Shown: positions 20,433 through 32,085, numbered from the stretch's first letter. The stretch is 64,000 bases of DNA from a bacterium (GCA_965261595.1 CBDHDG010000007.1:672001-736000); one strand, 5' to 3'. Notes: generated by a model from the letters alone, not told the origin. A program made the numbers and translations.

Positions 20433-21158
20433 CTAACCTCCGGCAAGCTCCAGGGCGGCGGCAAGATCCAGCCGGCCCTCGTAGATGGCCCTTCCCGTGA
20501 TGACGCCGGCGACCCCGTCGGCCTCCAGGGGCAGCAGGGCGGAAACGTCCTCGATGGACGAAACCCCGCCCGAAGCGATGACCGGCGCGGACAGCCGTTT
20601 CGCCAGCGCCCGCGTGGCCTCCAGGTTCGGACCGCCCATCGCTCCGTCCCGGGAGATGTCGGTGAACACCACAGCCGCCGGGTTCTCCGCCTCATACCGT
20701 TTCGCCAGGTCGGCGGCTTCCACCTCTGTTTCTTCCTCCCAGCCGGAGACGGCCGCCTTTCCGTCCCGGGCGTCAATCCCGAGGATGATCCGCCCGGGAT
20801 TCTCGCGAAGCGCCGCGACGGAGAAATCCGGGTCTCTGTGGAGCGCCGTGCCCAGGATGACGAAAGAGGCCCCGGCGTCGAACGCGCGCCGGAGGCTCGC
20901 CTCGCCCCGGACGCCGCCGCCGAACTGGACGGGGACGGAAGCCTGTCCTGCGATCTCCTCGAGGATGCGAAGGTTGGCGCTCTCGCCCTCGAAGGCCCCG
21001 TCCAGGTCCACGACGTGAAGCCGCTGTGCGCCCAAATCCTCCCACCGCCGGGCGGCGCCGACCGGATCGCCGCTGAAGACCGTTTCCCGGTCCCGCCGTC
21101 CCTGGAAAAGCCGGACGCAGAGCCCGCCTTTCAGATCGATTGCGGGGATGATGAGCAT
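20433..21158 (-). CDS. hisA: ProFAR isomerase
   Basis: IIPAIDL, LHVVDLDGA, GGGVR, ASGGVS. Confidence 0.95.
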   Translation of the reverse strand: MLIIPAIDLKGGLCVRLFQGRRDRETVFSGDPVGAARRWEDLGAQRLHVVDLDGAFEGESANLRILEEIAGQASVPVQFGGGVRGEASLRRAFDAGASFVILGTALHRDPDFSVAALRENPGRIILGIDARDGKAAVSGWEEETEVEAADLAKRYEAENPAAVVFTDISRDGAMGGPNLEATRALAKRLSAPVIASGGVSSIEDVSALLPLEADGVAGVITGRAIYEGRLDLAAALELAGG

Positions 21159-21212
21159 AAGAACTCCACCTGATCCAGAAGCCCCGCCGCTTCACGGAGG
21201 ATTTGAACCGTT

Positions 21213-21238
21213 GTAGGGGCGGGGCTCTGTACCCGCCC
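21213..21238 (+). repeat. GTAG-type REP (family A)
   Basis: GTAGGGGCGGGGCTCTGTACCCGCCC; exact inverted copies at 21761-21786 and 36933-36958. Confidence 0.9.
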
Positions 21239-21241
21239 CAA

Positions 21242-21731
21242 TCACCACGGCAATGAATCCGGCCGGCCCGAATACGGCCAACTCGAAACCGACTCTACGA
21301 GCCCGGCTCTCACTGGATTGCCGAGGATATACTCACACATCTTCACCAAGTCCTCACGTCGCCGTCCTACATGGTCATAAAAGCTGCGCTGCCAAAGTGG
21401 GCCGGACCAATCCAACCTCCAGGAACAACGAGTCGTGTGACTCTTAAAATCCCGTATCAAATCAGAAACAGACCTCTTCCCCCCAATGGGAGAAAGAACA
21501 AGATGCAAATGATCGGGCATCAGGCAGTAAGCAAAGACACTACTTGTTCCGGTTCTCTCGTAAATGCTCCAACCCTTGGAAAACATCTCGGGCCAATTCC
21601 TGACTTTCAAACGGCCGGGTTCCTTTCTTGGCGCGGAGGGTGACGAAATATGCCCGAGATTCGTCGGAGTAGTCGAACTCCTTAAGCCTGACAACCTTTC
21701 GCTCTCGCGGTGGGGGACTTCTCTGGGCCAT
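21242..21731 (-). mobile_element. REP-associated tyrosine transposase (RAYT), frameshifted near 21541
   Basis: RL.EFDYS...YFVT in one frame; YCLMPDHLH, LWQRSFYDH, YILGNPV, W.YS in another; flanked by inverted REPs. Confidence 0.9.
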
Positions 21732-21760
21732 TCGACGGTTGTCACCCAGGTTGATCGTGG

Positions 21761-21856
21761 GGGCGGGTACAGAGCCCCGCCCCTACAGTTCAGTGCTCGT
21801 GCAGCGCTTTTTCATGTAGGGGCGGGGCGAGAGTCGGTTGACTCCTGCACCCGCCC
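21761..21856. repeat. REP doublet (A inverted + B)
   Basis: REP-A reverse copy then GTAGGGGCGGGGCGAGAGTCGGTTGACTCCTGCACCCGCCC. Confidence 0.85.
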
Positions 21857-21931
21857 CCGACAAACGCCCAACAGGAAACCCAAGACACCGGGTCCTGCCG
21901 CCAATGTGTCTCCCGCGGACGGTCCCCATGA

Positions 21932-22594
21932 TTAGAAACTTTTCGCCCACTCAACGAAATTCCGCAGAATCTTCAATCCCAACGGCCCGCTGCGCTCCGG
22001 GTGGAACTGGCAGGCGAAGACGTTGTCCCGGTATACGCTCGAGACGAAGGGAATCCCGTAATCCGTCCTCGTGGCGATGACCCCCTCGTCCGCGGGCGCG
22101 ACGTAGTAAGAATGGACGAAGTAGAGCCACGCCCCGTCCGCCGCGTCCGCCACGTCCTTCAGAAGCGGGATCTCCCCACTTCCCCCCTCCCCCTCCGGGC
22201 GAACCTGGTTCCACCCCATGTGCGGGATTTTCAGCCGGTTCCCGCCGCCGTTCGTCATGGATTCGGGGAAGGGGACGACCTCTCCCCCGAACCAGCCCAG
22301 GCCCTCGCTCTCCCCGAACTCGCGGCTCTTCTCAAAGAGCACCTGCAAGCCGAGACAGATCCCCAGAAAGGGTTTCCCCGCGCGGATCGCTTCCAGGACG
22401 GCCTCGGTCAGACCCGCCGCGCGGAGGTTCTCCATGCAGTCCCGAAAGGCGCCGACGCCCGGCAGAACAACGGCATCGGCCCGCCTCACGTCCTCGGGGC
22501 GGGAAATCACCGGGGCGTCCTCCCCAACGGCCCGAAACCCGTTGCGGACGCTTTTCAGGTTTCCCATTCCGTAATCGATGACGGCGACCTTCAC
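21932..22594 (-). CDS. hisH: IGP synthase glutaminase subunit
   Basis: DYGMGN, PGVG, GICLG, FVHSY, QFHPE. Confidence 0.96.
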   Translation of the reverse strand: MKVAVIDYGMGNLKSVRNGFRAVGEDAPVISRPEDVRRADAVVLPGVGAFRDCMENLRAAGLTEAVLEAIRAGKPFLGICLGLQVLFEKSREFGESEGLGWFGGEVVPFPESMTNGGGNRLKIPHMGWNQVRPEGEGGSGEIPLLKDVADAADGAWLYFVHSYYVAPADEGVIATRTDYGIPFVSSVYRDNVFACQFHPERSGPLGLKILRNFVEWAKSF

Positions 22595-23178
22595 AGCGCC
22601 CCCTTTGTGGACGGAACGCCCTGACGCCGCTCATCGGGGGAGACGGCCTCGCGCAAGGCGCGGCTGAAGCCCTTGAAGACGGACTCCACCATGTGGTGCG
22701 CGTTCGAGCCGTGGAGGACTTCGATGTGGAGGTCCACGCCGCCGTTGGACGAGAAGGCGGTGAAGAACTCCTCCACGAGCTGAAGGTCGAATCTCCCCAC
22801 GCGGGCGGCCGTAAAGGCGCACCGATAGAAGAGAGAGGGCCGGCCGCTCAGGTCCACCGCGACCCGCGCGAGGGAGTCCATCATGGGCGACAGCGCGCTT
22901 CCGTACCGCCGGATCCCGGCCTTCTCACCCAGCGCCCGCTGAAGGGCCCCGCCCAGGCAGATCCCCACGTCTTCCACCGTATGGTGATCATCCACCTCGG
23001 TGTCCCCCTCGGCCTTCACCCGCAGATCGAAGATGCCGTGCTTGGCCACCTGGCTCAGCATGTGATCGAAAAACGGGACGCCGGTCTCTATCTCGGATTC
23101 GCCGGCGCCGTCCAGGTTCAACTCCAGATCGATCCGCGTCTCGCGGGTCGCACGCTCCATTCGGGCGGTTCGACTCAT
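22591..23178 (-). CDS. hisB: Imidazoleglycerol-phosphate dehydratase
   Basis: FFDHML, DDHHTVED, NAHHMVES, VPSTKG. Confidence 0.96.
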   Translation of the reverse strand: MSRTARMERATRETRIDLELNLDGAGESEIETGVPFFDHMLSQVAKHGIFDLRVKAEGDTEVDDHHTVEDVGICLGGALQRALGEKAGIRRYGSALSPMMDSLARVAVDLSGRPSLFYRCAFTAARVGRFDLQLVEEFFTAFSSNGGVDLHIEVLHGSNAHHMVESVFKGFSRALREAVSPDERRQGVPSTKGAL

Positions 23179-23267
23179 CGAATTCAGTCCCTAGAAAAAA
23201 AGAATGGAGAGGACAATATCGAAATCAACCGTGTCCTCTTCCCCGGGGGCCCGCGGCGGACTGGGCG

Positions 23268-24599
23268 TCACGGCTTCCCGGCCCGTCCCCCCCCCTTTCG
23301 GGAAAGCCGCACCCCGATCGATTCGGCGTGCGCGCCCAGCCCCTCCAGGCTCGCGAGGGTCATGGCCGCATCGCCCACACCCTCCAGGGCGGCCCGGCTC
23401 ATCGAAACGACGCCGGTGCGCCGCACAAAATCGTCCACACCCAGGGGCGAGGCGAACCGCGCGGTGCCTCCCGTCGGCAGGACGTGATTCGACCCGGCCA
23501 CGTAATCCCCCACCGCCACGGGCGAATAACCCCCCACGAACACGGCCCCCGCGCAGCAGAACCGGCCCACCCACCGCCCGGCGTCCCGCACGGCCAGGGA
23601 CAGATGCTCGGGGTGGATGGCGGCCGCGACGCCCGCGGCGGTCTCCATCTCCGCCGCCTCGACGACGAGGCCGTTCCGCTTCCAGGCGGCCGCCGCTATC
23701 CGCCGCCTCTCCAGATTCCGGAGACGTCCGTTCAGCGCCTCCACCACCCGGTCCGCCAGGTTCCGGGACCGCGCGCCGCTTCCCACCGCCACCAAACCGA
23801 CCCACGCGTCCGGGTCGTGCTCGGCCTGAGCCAGCAGGTCCGCCGCCACCCAATCGGGCCGCGCCGAATCATCGGCCACGACCAACAATTCGGACGGCCC
23901 GGCGATTTGATCGATGCCCACCTCGCCGAAGACCCACCGCTTGGCCGCCGCCACGTGGGCGTTGCCGGGGCCGACCACCTTGTCCACGGGCCGGATCGTC
24001 GCCGTCCCGTAGGCGAGAGCGCCGATGGCCTGGACGCCCCCGACCTTATACACCTCTGTCACCCCCGCCAACCCCGCCGCCGCCAGCACCCACGGACTCA
24101 CCTCTCCGTCCGGACCGGGAGGCGTGCACATCACCCGCTCCGCAACGCCCGCAATGCGCGCCGGGAGGGCGGTCATCAAAACGGTGGAGGGGTAGGCCGC
24201 GCGGCCGCCGGGCACGTAAAGACCGACGCGGGCGAGGGGCGTCACCCGCTGCCCAAGCCGCTCGCCCCGGCCCCCGATGGACCAGCCCTTCCGGACCTGA
24301 CGGCGGTGAAAGCGCTCGATCCGCCTTGCCGCCAGACGCAAGGCCGCAAGCCCCGCCCGATCGCATCCGGCCGCGGCGCCGGCAATCTCATCGGCGGGAA
24401 CGCGGAGGTCCGCCGCCTTGAGCCTCACGCCGTCGAACTTCAACGTGTAGCGCAGGACCGCCCGGTCGTCGTTTTTTCGCACATCCTCCAGGATGGTTCG
24501 CGCGCCGTCCAGGACGCGGGCCTGATCGCGCAGCCCCCGCTTCCGCCGGCGATCCAGCCGCTCGCGCCACCGGGGATCCCGGGCCTTCAGGCGCATCAT
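23268..24599 (-). CDS. hisD: Histidinol dehydrogenase
   Basis: YVPGG.A.YPST, GPGN, AGPSE, QAEHD, PEHL, NHVLPT. Confidence 0.96.
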   Translation of the reverse strand: MMRLKARDPRWRERLDRRRKRGLRDQARVLDGARTILEDVRKNDDRAVLRYTLKFDGVRLKAADLRVPADEIAGAAAGCDRAGLAALRLAARRIERFHRRQVRKGWSIGGRGERLGQRVTPLARVGLYVPGGRAAYPSTVLMTALPARIAGVAERVMCTPPGPDGEVSPWVLAAAGLAGVTEVYKVGGVQAIGALAYGTATIRPVDKVVGPGNAHVAAAKRWVFGEVGIDQIAGPSELLVVADDSARPDWVAADLLAQAEHDPDAWVGLVAVGSGARSRNLADRVVEALNGRLRNLERRRIAAAAWKRNGLVVEAAEMETAAGVAAAIHPEHLSLAVRDAGRWVGRFCCAGAVFVGGYSPVAVGDYVAGSNHVLPTGGTARFASPLGVDDFVRRTGVVSMSRAALEGVGDAAMTLASLEGLGAHAESIGVRLSRKGGGRAGKP

Positions 24600-25261
24600 G
24601 AGCCGAGCTTCCGGCGGCAGACCCGGATGAATTCGCCCACCTCTTCCCTCCGGGTTTTCTGGCTGGCCCGGTTGACGATGAGCCGGGCGGAGGTGCGGAG
24701 GATCTCGCGGACCTCGACCAGGCCATTTTCCCGCAGCGTCGCGCCGGTTTCCACCAGGTCCACAACCGCGTCGGCCAGCCCCATGGCGGGGGCCAGCTCG
24801 ACGGCGCCCGACAGCTTGATCACGTCCACCGGGACGGCCTCTTCGCCGAAAAACCGCTCCGTGATTCGAACAAACTTGGCGGCGACCCGCAGATGGGATG
24901 CCCGGACCAGGTCCTGCCAAGTCGGCGGGTCTCCGCCGGCGGCCGGGGGGGGAGCGGCCAGGACAAGGCGGCAGGCCCCGAATTCCAGGTCCAGGGGCTC
25001 GTAGACGACCCTTTCCTGTTCCAGAAGGATGTCCTTGCCCACAATGCCCAGGTCGGCCGCGCCCTGCTCCACGTACGTCGGCACGTCCACATCCCGGATG
25101 CGGGCGATCCGGACCCGGCCGTCCGCTGATTCACGTACGAGGCCGCGCTCCTCTCCCCACCCTTCGGCCTGGACGTATCCCATCCTGCGCAAAAGCGCCC
25201 ACGCCTTCTTAAAGAGGCGGCCTTTGGGAAGGGCCAGTGTCAGGGGCCGGTTCTTTTTCAT
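24596..25261 (-). CDS. hisG: ATP phosphoribosyltransferase, short form
   Basis: LALPKGR, DVPTYVE.G.AD.GIVGKD, VETG.TL.ENGL; ~221 aa. Confidence 0.95.
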   Translation of the reverse strand: MKKNRPLTLALPKGRLFKKAWALLRRMGYVQAEGWGEERGLVRESADGRVRIARIRDVDVPTYVEQGAADLGIVGKDILLEQERVVYEPLDLEFGACRLVLAAPPPAAGGDPPTWQDLVRASHLRVAAKFVRITERFFGEEAVPVDVIKLSGAVELAPAMGLADAVVDLVETGATLRENGLVEVREILRTSARLIVNRASQKTRREEVGEFIRVCRRKLGS

Positions 25262-26508
25262 GTCACCCTCTGAATGCGGCCGCCGAGGGCCGACAGCTTT
25301 TCCACGATCCGCTCGTATCCCCGATCGATATGGTACACCCGGTTGACCGTCGTTTCGCCTTCCGCGGCCAGGCCCGCCAGAATGAGGGAGGCGCTGGCCC
25401 GCAGGTCGGTCGCCATGACCTCCGCCCCTGTCAAACGCCCCTTTCCGCGCACCACGGCCCGGTTGCCTTCCACCTGGATGTCGGCCCCCATGCGCCGGAG
25501 CTCGGCCGCGTGCATGAAGCGGTTCTCGAAAATCGTTTCGGAGAGCACGGAGGTCCCTTCCGCCAGGCTGAGCAGGACCATCATCTGCGCCTGCAAATCG
25601 GTGGCGAACCCGGGATAGGGCGCGGTCTGGAAGTCCACGGCCCGGATGGGACGGTCCCCCTTCAAAGAAATGCGGCCGCCTTCTTCGCGCAAATCCATCC
25701 CGGCGTCCGCCAGCTTTCCGCCCAAGGCCCCGATGTGCTCCGGGCGCACCCCGGTGACGCTCACCTCCCCGCCCGTCACCGCGCCCGCGAGCAGATAGGT
25801 TCCCGCCTCGATCCGGTCCGGAATGATTCGGGCCTCGAACCCCCCGAGCCGGGGCGCCCCCGCGACCTCCACGGTGTCCGTCCCCGCCCCGCGAACCTCC
25901 GCCCCCATGAGACCCAACACCTCCGCCAGCTGCACCACTTCCGGCTCCCGGGCGGCGTTGTGAATCCGCGTCCGTCCATCGGCGAGCGCGGCGGCCATCA
26001 TGATGTTTTTCGTCCCGGTCACGGTCACGAGATCGAGAAAGATCTCGGCCCCCTTGAGCCGGCCGGCCCGGGCGTGGATGTAGCCGTCCTCCAGCCGGAT
26101 CTCGGCCCCCAGAGCCGCCAGCCCTTTCAGGTGTTGATCGATGGGGCGGACCCCGATAGCGCAACCGCCAGGCAGGGAAACCTTCACCGCGCCCAGGCGG
26201 GCCGTCAGCGGCCCCAGGACCATGACGGAGGCCCGCATTTTGCGGACCAAGTCGTAGGGCACCTCGACCCGCTGAAGACCTTCGGCCCGAAGCTCCGCCG
26301 AACCGCCGCGCAACTCGACCTGAACCCCCATTCCGCGAAGCAGATCCAGGAAACTCTCCACGTCGTGAAGGACCGGGAGGTTTTCAATCCGGCAAGGCTG
26401 CTCGGTCAGCAGGCAGGCCGCCATGAGCGGCAGGGCCGAATTCTTGGCCCCGCTGATCTTGACCTCCCCCCGGAGCGGCGTCCCGCCCTGAATGACAATC
26501 CGGTCCAC
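25258..26508 (-). CDS. murA: UDP-N-acetylglucosamine 1-carboxyvinyltransferase
   Basis: [28 protein letters not shown]. Confidence 0.97.
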   Translation of the reverse strand: MDRIVIQGGTPLRGEVKISGAKNSALPLMAACLLTEQPCRIENLPVLHDVESFLDLLRGMGVQVELRGGSAELRAEGLQRVEVPYDLVRKMRASVMVLGPLTARLGAVKVSLPGGCAIGVRPIDQHLKGLAALGAEIRLEDGYIHARAGRLKGAEIFLDLVTVTGTKNIMMAAALADGRTRIHNAAREPEVVQLAEVLGLMGAEVRGAGTDTVEVAGAPRLGGFEARIIPDRIEAGTYLLAGAVTGGEVSVTGVRPEHIGALGGKLADAGMDLREEGGRISLKGDRPIRAVDFQTAPYPGFATDLQAQMMVLLSLAEGTSVLSETIFENRFMHAAELRRMGADIQVEGNRAVVRGKGRLTGAEVMATDLRASASLILAGLAAEGETTVNRVYHIDRGYERIVEKLSALGGRIQRVT

Positions 26509-26514
26509 GGCGGC

Positions 26515-27454
26515 TCACCCTCCCCCACCGGCGCCGCCGCGCCGGGCGGCGGCGACCCGGTCGCGTCCGGCCAGATCCGCGACGATGTCGATCCGCCCGT
26601 AGACGCCGCGCGCCTCCAGCAGGCCGCGGACCGCCGCCGCCTGATCCGCCCCGATCTCCAACAGCAGCCACCCGGCCGGCCGCAGAAGGTCTTCCGCGCC
26701 CCGGACGATGGCCCGGAAGGCGTCGAGGCCGTCCGCTCCGGCGATGAGCGCCGCCCGGGGCTCGAAAGCCAGGGTCCGCCGGTCGAGGGCATCCTCCTCT
26801 CCCCCCCCCTCACGGATGTACGGAGGGTTCGAGACCACGGCGTCGAAGGACGGATCGGGCCGGATTCCTTCCAGCCAATCGACGCCCGCGAATTCCACCC
26901 GGCCGGCCATGCCCAGCCGCGCGGCGTTCTCTTTCGCGGTTCCCAGGGTGCCGACGCTCAGGTCGGTCGCGACGATGAAGAGGTCGGCCCGCTCCGAAGC
27001 GAGCGACAACGCGATGTTGCCCGAACCGGTTCCCAGGTCGATCACGCGCGTCCGCCGGCCCCGGCCCGCGCTTTCGGAAGGAGGAGGGGGGGGGGGGGGG
27101 GAGGCGGCGCAAGACTTCGCTCACGAGGGTCTCGGTCTCGGGTCTCGGGACGAGGACGGTCCGGTTCACCTGGAGATCCAGCGACCAGAACTCCCGCCGC
27201 CCCAGGATGTAGGCCACCGGCTCGCGTCCTTCGCGCCGCTCGATGAAGTTTCGGAAGCGGGACGCGATCTCCGGGTCCGGCCGGAGGTCCGGACGGGCGA
27301 TCAGGCTTTCGCGCCGCAGACCCGCCGCGTGCGCCAGCAGGAGCTCGGCATCCAGCCGTGCGGTGGACAGTCCCGTTTTGCGGAGACGGAGAACGGCTTC
27401 CTGGAGCAGATCTTGAAAACAAGGGGTGAGGGAGGTTTCGTCCCCGCCGATCAG
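26515..27454 (-). CDS. prmC: Release factor glutamine methyltransferase, frameshifted in a 16-nt homopolymer (27086-27101)
   Basis: [21 protein letters not shown] in one frame; DLGTGSG and SNPPY in the next. Confidence 0.9.
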
Positions 27455-28557
27455 GAAGGATTCCCGGCGGCCGCGGAGTGTTCGAAGGCGGTCAGCGCTT
27501 CTTCCTCCCGGGCGGCCATCAGCGGTTCGACCAGGTCTTCCAGCTCTCCCTGCAACACGGCGTCCAGCTTGTGCAGGGTCAACTGAATCCGGTGGTCGGA
27601 GACGCGGTTTTGCGGGAAGTTGTAGGTCCGGATCCGGCCGCTTCGGTCTCCCGATCCCACCTGAGAGCGCCGGGCCTCGGACCGCTTGGCCTCGGTCTCG
27701 CGGACGGCCGCGTCGAGGACCCGCGCCCGCAGGACCCGGAGGGCCTTGGATTTGTTCTTGTGCTGCGACTTCTCGTCCTGACACGTGACGACCAACCCCG
27801 TTGGAAGGTAGGTGATTCGAACGGCCGAATCGGTTGTGTTCACACTCTGTCCGCCCGGGCCGGAGGAGCGGTAGACATCGATGCGCAGGTCGGCCGGATC
27901 GATCTTCACATCCACCTCTTCCGCTTCCGGGAGGACGGCGACGGTGACCGCCGAGGTGTGGATGCGGCCGCTGGATTCGGTCTCGGGGACCCGCTGGACG
28001 CGGTGGATGCCGCTCTCGTGCCGGAGAAAGCTGTACACCCAATCCCCCCGAATCGCGGCGATGATCTCCTTGTATCCGCCCAGCTCCGTCGGGCTGGAAT
28101 CCAGAATCTCGACCTTCCACAATTTTTGCTCCGCGAAGCGGAGATACATCCGGAACAAATCCGCCGCGAACAGGGCGGCCTCATCGCCCCCGGCGCCCGC
28201 GCGGATTTCCAAAATGACGTTTTTCTCGTTGTTCGGGTCTTTCGGGACCATCAACGCCTTGAGGCGCGTCTCGATCTCCGGAATCTCCGACTCCAGCCGG
28301 ACGATCTCCTCCCGGGCCAAATCCCGCATCTCCGCGTCTGAGGCATCCTGAAGAAGCTCCCGGCTTCCGGCGAGCTCCTCCTGGATTTTCTCATACATCC
28401 GGATGGTCCGGACGGTTTCCTCCAACTCGGAGCGTTCTTTCGCCGCCTTGCGGTAGGCCTCGCGATCGGCGAGCAGATCGGGCTCCCCCATCCTCCCGGT
28501 CAACGCCTCGAACTTCTCGCAGATGGCCGTCAGTTTGTCTCGGAGTTCTTCATGCAC
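27451..28557 (-). CDS. prfA: Peptide chain release factor 1
   Basis: [19 protein letters not shown]. Confidence 0.97.
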   Translation of the reverse strand: MHEELRDKLTAICEKFEALTGRMGEPDLLADREAYRKAAKERSELEETVRTIRMYEKIQEELAGSRELLQDASDAEMRDLAREEIVRLESEIPEIETRLKALMVPKDPNNEKNVILEIRAGAGGDEAALFAADLFRMYLRFAEQKLWKVEILDSSPTELGGYKEIIAAIRGDWVYSFLRHESGIHRVQRVPETESSGRIHTSAVTVAVLPEAEEVDVKIDPADLRIDVYRSSGPGGQSVNTTDSAVRITYLPTGLVVTCQDEKSQHKNKSKALRVLRARVLDAAVRETEAKRSEARRSQVGSGDRSGRIRTYNFPQNRVSDHRIQLTLHKLDAVLQGELEDLVEPLMAAREEEALTAFEHSAAAGNPS

Positions 28558-28586
28558 GGCCGGGCGTATCTCCCCCGCGCGCGGTC

Positions 28587-28799
28587 TCAGCCGGCGGTTT
28601 TCATCTTGCTGTGCCGGATTCTGTATCGCTCGACGCGGCCCGCGGTGTCGACCAGCTTCTGCTTGCCGGTGAAGAACGGGTGGCAGTTCGAGCAGATCTC
28701 GACCCGATACGAGGGTTCGGTGGAGCGTGTGAGGAATTCGGCGCCGCACGCGCAGGTGATGGTGCATTCCTGATATTCCGGATGAATTTCGGGTCTCAT
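28587..28799 (-). CDS. rpmE: 50S ribosomal protein L31 (Zn-binding type)
   Basis: [19 protein letters not shown]. Confidence 0.97.
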   Translation of the reverse strand: MRPEIHPEYQECTITCACGAEFLTRSTEPSYRVEICSNCHPFFTGKQKLVDTAGRVERYRIRHSKMKTAG

Positions 28800-28940
28800 C
28801 GCCGACTCCTCCGCATCCGACCCCGGGGGGAATGAAATCCATGCCGGCCCCGGCGTGAACGCGACCCAAAAAACTCCGGCTGGAACCCGGCGGGAAAACC
28901 CGCGGGCTGCCAGCCGCCTGAGACTCCTCGCAAAAAAGCG

Positions 28941-30356
28941 TTAGGCGTTCATGGAATCAAGGAACATGGCGTTGTCCTTGGTCTCGGTGACCTTGGTCAC
29001 GAGCAATTCCATGGCCTCCACGATGCCCATGGGCTGGAGGACTTTTCGCAACAGCCACACGCGGCTCAATTCTTTCTCGTTCAGGAGCAGCTCTTCCTTT
29101 CGCGTTCCGGAGCGGTGGAGGTCGATGGAAGGGAACACCCTGCGGTCGGAAATCCGCCGGTCCAGAATCACCTCCATGTTGCCCGTTCCCTTGAACTCTT
29201 CGAAGATGACATCGTCCATCCGGCTTCCGGTTTCGACCAGCGCGGTCGCCACAATGGTCAGGCTTCCGCCCTCTTCGATGTTCCGGGCGGCGCCGAAGAA
29301 GCGTTTGGGCCGCTGGAGGGCGTTGCTGTCCACCCCGCCGGAAAGCACCTTGCCGCTCGGCGGAACAATGGCGTTGTAGGCCCGGGCCAGCCGGGTGATG
29401 CTGTCCAGGAGGATCACGACGTCGCGCTTGTGCTCGACGAGGCGTTTCGCCTTTTCAATCACGATCTCCGCCACCTGGACGTGCCGGGAGGCGGGCTCGT
29501 CGAAGGTCGAGCTGATCACCTCGCCCTTCACCGTCCGCTCCATGTCGGTGACCTCCTCGGGCCGCTCGTCGATGAGCAGAACCATGAGGAACGTATCCGG
29601 GTGATTCACCGCGATGCTGTTGGCGATGGCCTGAAGCAGCATCGTTTTTCCCGTTCGGGGCGCGGCGACGATGAGACCCCGCTGACCCTTGCCGAGGGGC
29701 GTCAGCAAATCCATCACCCGCATGGAGATGTTCGAATTGCCGCTCTCTCCGGGGGGCACTTCCAGGTGTATCCGCTCCTCGGGATAAAGCGGGGTCAGGT
29801 TGTCGAACAGGATTTTGCCTTTGCTGAGCTCCGCGTTCTCGAAATTGACGGATTCAACCTTGAGCAGCGCGAAGTAGCGCTCGCCTTCCTTGGGCGGCCG
29901 GACATGGCCGGACACCGTGTCCCCGGTCCGCAGATCGAACCGCCGGATCTGGGAAGGCGAAACATAGATGTCGTCCGAGCCGGGCAGGTAGTTGTAGCTC
30001 GGGGCCCGGAGGAACCCGAAACCGTCCGGCAGGATTTCCAGGACGCCCTCGCCGTAGATGAAGCCGTCCTTTTCGGTCTGGGCTTCCAGGATTTTGAAGA
30101 TGAGCTCCTGCTTGCGGAGCGCGCTCGGGCTCACGACATTCAAGCCGCGCGCGATTTCGGTCAGATCGTTGATCGTCTTCGACTTGAGATCGTCCAGGTT
30201 GAGGACCGTTCGCTTGGCCTCGCCGCCGTCTGAGCCCGCACCGCCGCCGTCATTTCCGGCGGAGACACCAGGGGCTTGCGCTTTCTTTGTTTCCGCGGTG
30301 TTGTTCGTCTTGCTGGATTCGGATTTTTCAGTGGGATTTACAGTTCTTGGGGGCAT
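28941..30356 (-). CDS. rho: Transcription termination factor Rho
   Basis: [31 protein letters not shown]. Confidence 0.98.
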   Translation of the reverse strand: MPPRTVNPTEKSESSKTNNTAETKKAQAPGVSAGNDGGGAGSDGGEAKRTVLNLDDLKSKTINDLTEIARGLNVVSPSALRKQELIFKILEAQTEKDGFIYGEGVLEILPDGFGFLRAPSYNYLPGSDDIYVSPSQIRRFDLRTGDTVSGHVRPPKEGERYFALLKVESVNFENAELSKGKILFDNLTPLYPEERIHLEVPPGESGNSNISMRVMDLLTPLGKGQRGLIVAAPRTGKTMLLQAIANSIAVNHPDTFLMVLLIDERPEEVTDMERTVKGEVISSTFDEPASRHVQVAEIVIEKAKRLVEHKRDVVILLDSITRLARAYNAIVPPSGKVLSGGVDSNALQRPKRFFGAARNIEEGGSLTIVATALVETGSRMDDVIFEEFKGTGNMEVILDRRISDRRVFPSIDLHRSGTRKEELLLNEKELSRVWLLRKVLQPMGIVEAMELLVTKVTETKDNAMFLDSMNA

Positions 30357-30596
30357 AGGGGCTTACATTTCCAAAAAGGGAATGGATCGCCAGGGGAATT
30401 TTCCTGACGGACGATTGACGGGTTCCCGCTGTTGAGCGGATTCGGAAAAGAAACAGTCGGGTGCGCGCGAATTCAGACCGCCGGAATTTTGCGCTTAGTG
30501 TTTTGCCTTCCGATACGGTGAATAACTCTTGCGCGCTTATTATCGGAAGTCGGATATCGGAGTCAAGTCAGGAGGACTCGCGTGATTGTTACGAGC

Positions 30597-30625
30597 AATA
30601 TATGAAGCCCGGGCCGACTTGTCAA
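30597..30625 (-). promoter_or_regulatory. sigma70 promoter of rho with ~235-nt leader
   Basis: TTGACA-N17-TATATT overlapping the coaE stop. Confidence 0.75.
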
Positions 30626-31242
30626 TGTCTTTTTTTCATCGCCCGGGCCCGGGCCGCCAGCACACGCCAGACTCGCTCGACCTGCCTGCCCGTCTCCTCC
30701 ACAGGGCCCCGGTTGTTCAGGACGTAATCCCCATACGTTCGCTTTTCCGCCACCGGCATCTGCGCGCGGATCCGCGACCGGGCCTCCTCCTCGGACATGC
30801 CCTTGGCGGCCAGCCGCTCGAGCTGATCCTCGGCGTCCACGTCCACCACCACCATCAGGTCCACCCTGCCGGCGCCGCCCGCCTCGATGATCACCGCCGC
30901 GTCGATCATAACGACTCCATCCGGGTCCCGCGCTTCATGGATCGCGCACAGGCGATCCTCTTCTTCCCAAATTCGGGGGTGGACGATGGCGTTCAGCCGG
31001 GCGCGGGCGTCGTCGTCGTTGAACACGATCGCCGCCAGGGCCGCACGGTCCAGCGCGCCGTCGGGGCGGAGAACGCCGCGCCCGAACGCCTCCACGATCT
31101 CCTCGAGGGCCGGGCGGCCCGGCGCCACCACGTCACGGGAGACCCGGTCCGCGTCGATCAGGTGGGCGCCGTGACGGCGAAACATCTCCGCGACGGTGCT
31201 CTTCCCGCTTGCGATTCCGCCCGTCAGACCGACCTTGAGCAT
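30622..31242 (-). CDS. coaE: Dephospho-CoA kinase
   Basis: GLTGGIASGKS, IDAD, LDR..L, HP. Confidence 0.95.
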   Translation of the reverse strand: MLKVGLTGGIASGKSTVAEMFRRHGAHLIDADRVSRDVVAPGRPALEEIVEAFGRGVLRPDGALDRAALAAIVFNDDDARARLNAIVHPRIWEEEDRLCAIHEARDPDGVVMIDAAVIIEAGGAGRVDLMVVVDVDAEDQLERLAAKGMSEEEARSRIRAQMPVAEKRTYGDYVLNNRGPVEETGRQVERVWRVLAARARAMKKRH

Positions 31243-31308
31243 TCTCCGGCCGTTTCCCCCGAACGTGATTTTTCCGGCGATGAATTGAATCAGGCGTCGG
31301 TCACAGTG

Positions 31309-31593
31309 CTACTTGAGGCCCCGGCGGACAAGCTCCTCTTCGTGGTGTTTGCGATAGAGGATTTCCCATTCCGGACTGCCTTCGGGAATCTTCCGGCCGT
31401 AGGATTGAAGGGTGTGGATCACCTCGTCGTCGATGGTTTCTTCGAGGCGGATTTCTTCGGTCATGACGCGAACGATGCGCAGGCGCACGTCATTGGCGGG
31501 CTTGAGCAGGCTGATCTCCTCGTCGGCCTCCAAGCGCTCGATGAGCTCTTTCGAGATGTGGTTGATCTTCTCCCGGCTCAGGCCCGTGAACAT
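31309..31593 (-). CDS. DUF507-like protein
   Basis: LSREKINHIS...EGSPEWEILY pattern; tandem paralog. Confidence 0.75.
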   Translation of the reverse strand: MFTGLSREKINHISKELIERLEADEEISLLKPANDVRLRIVRVMTEEIRLEETIDDEVIHTLQSYGRKIPEGSPEWEILYRKHHEEELVRRGLK

Positions 31594-31604
31594 GGCCGCC
31601 CTTT

Positions 31605-31886
31605 CTACAAGATCAGATTTCTTTCCCGCACGAGGCGGCGCTTGACGAGATCGAACATCCGGGAATACTCGACGTTGCGGCGATCCATCTCGCCCTCGAA
31701 ATTGGCGAGTATCTCCCTCACTTCCTCGTTCAGAGAATCCTCGACCCGCAAATCACCGGCGATCCACTCCGTCAGGCGGTATCGCAGCCCATCCTCAGTC
31801 ATCTCGGTGTCGACGTACCCGAACCGGATCAATTCGTGGGCGATCGAGCGTGAGAGCCTTTCGATGACTTCCTTGCGCAACCGCAT
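31605..31886 (-). CDS. DUF507-like protein
   Basis: MRL...VED.LNEEVREIL...MF..VK..L. Confidence 0.8.
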   Translation of the reverse strand: MRLRKEVIERLSRSIAHELIRFGYVDTEMTEDGLRYRLTEWIAGDLRVEDSLNEEVREILANFEGEMDRRNVEYSRMFDLVKRRLVRERNLIL

Positions 31887-32085
31887 GTCGCTTCATCCCC
31901 CGCCCGGCTTTCCCGCCGGCCGGCCGGGCCTTCCCGGCCTCTCCTTCGCCGGCGCCCCTCCCGGGGTGAACTCCATCGGGAGCTGGCCTTCCTTCCTGAA
32001 GAGGACCCGACAGGGCGTCGAAGGAAACCTCTCCGTTCGCCATAATATGGCGCCCGGCGACCCGGGTGTCCAGACTCCGGTTTCA

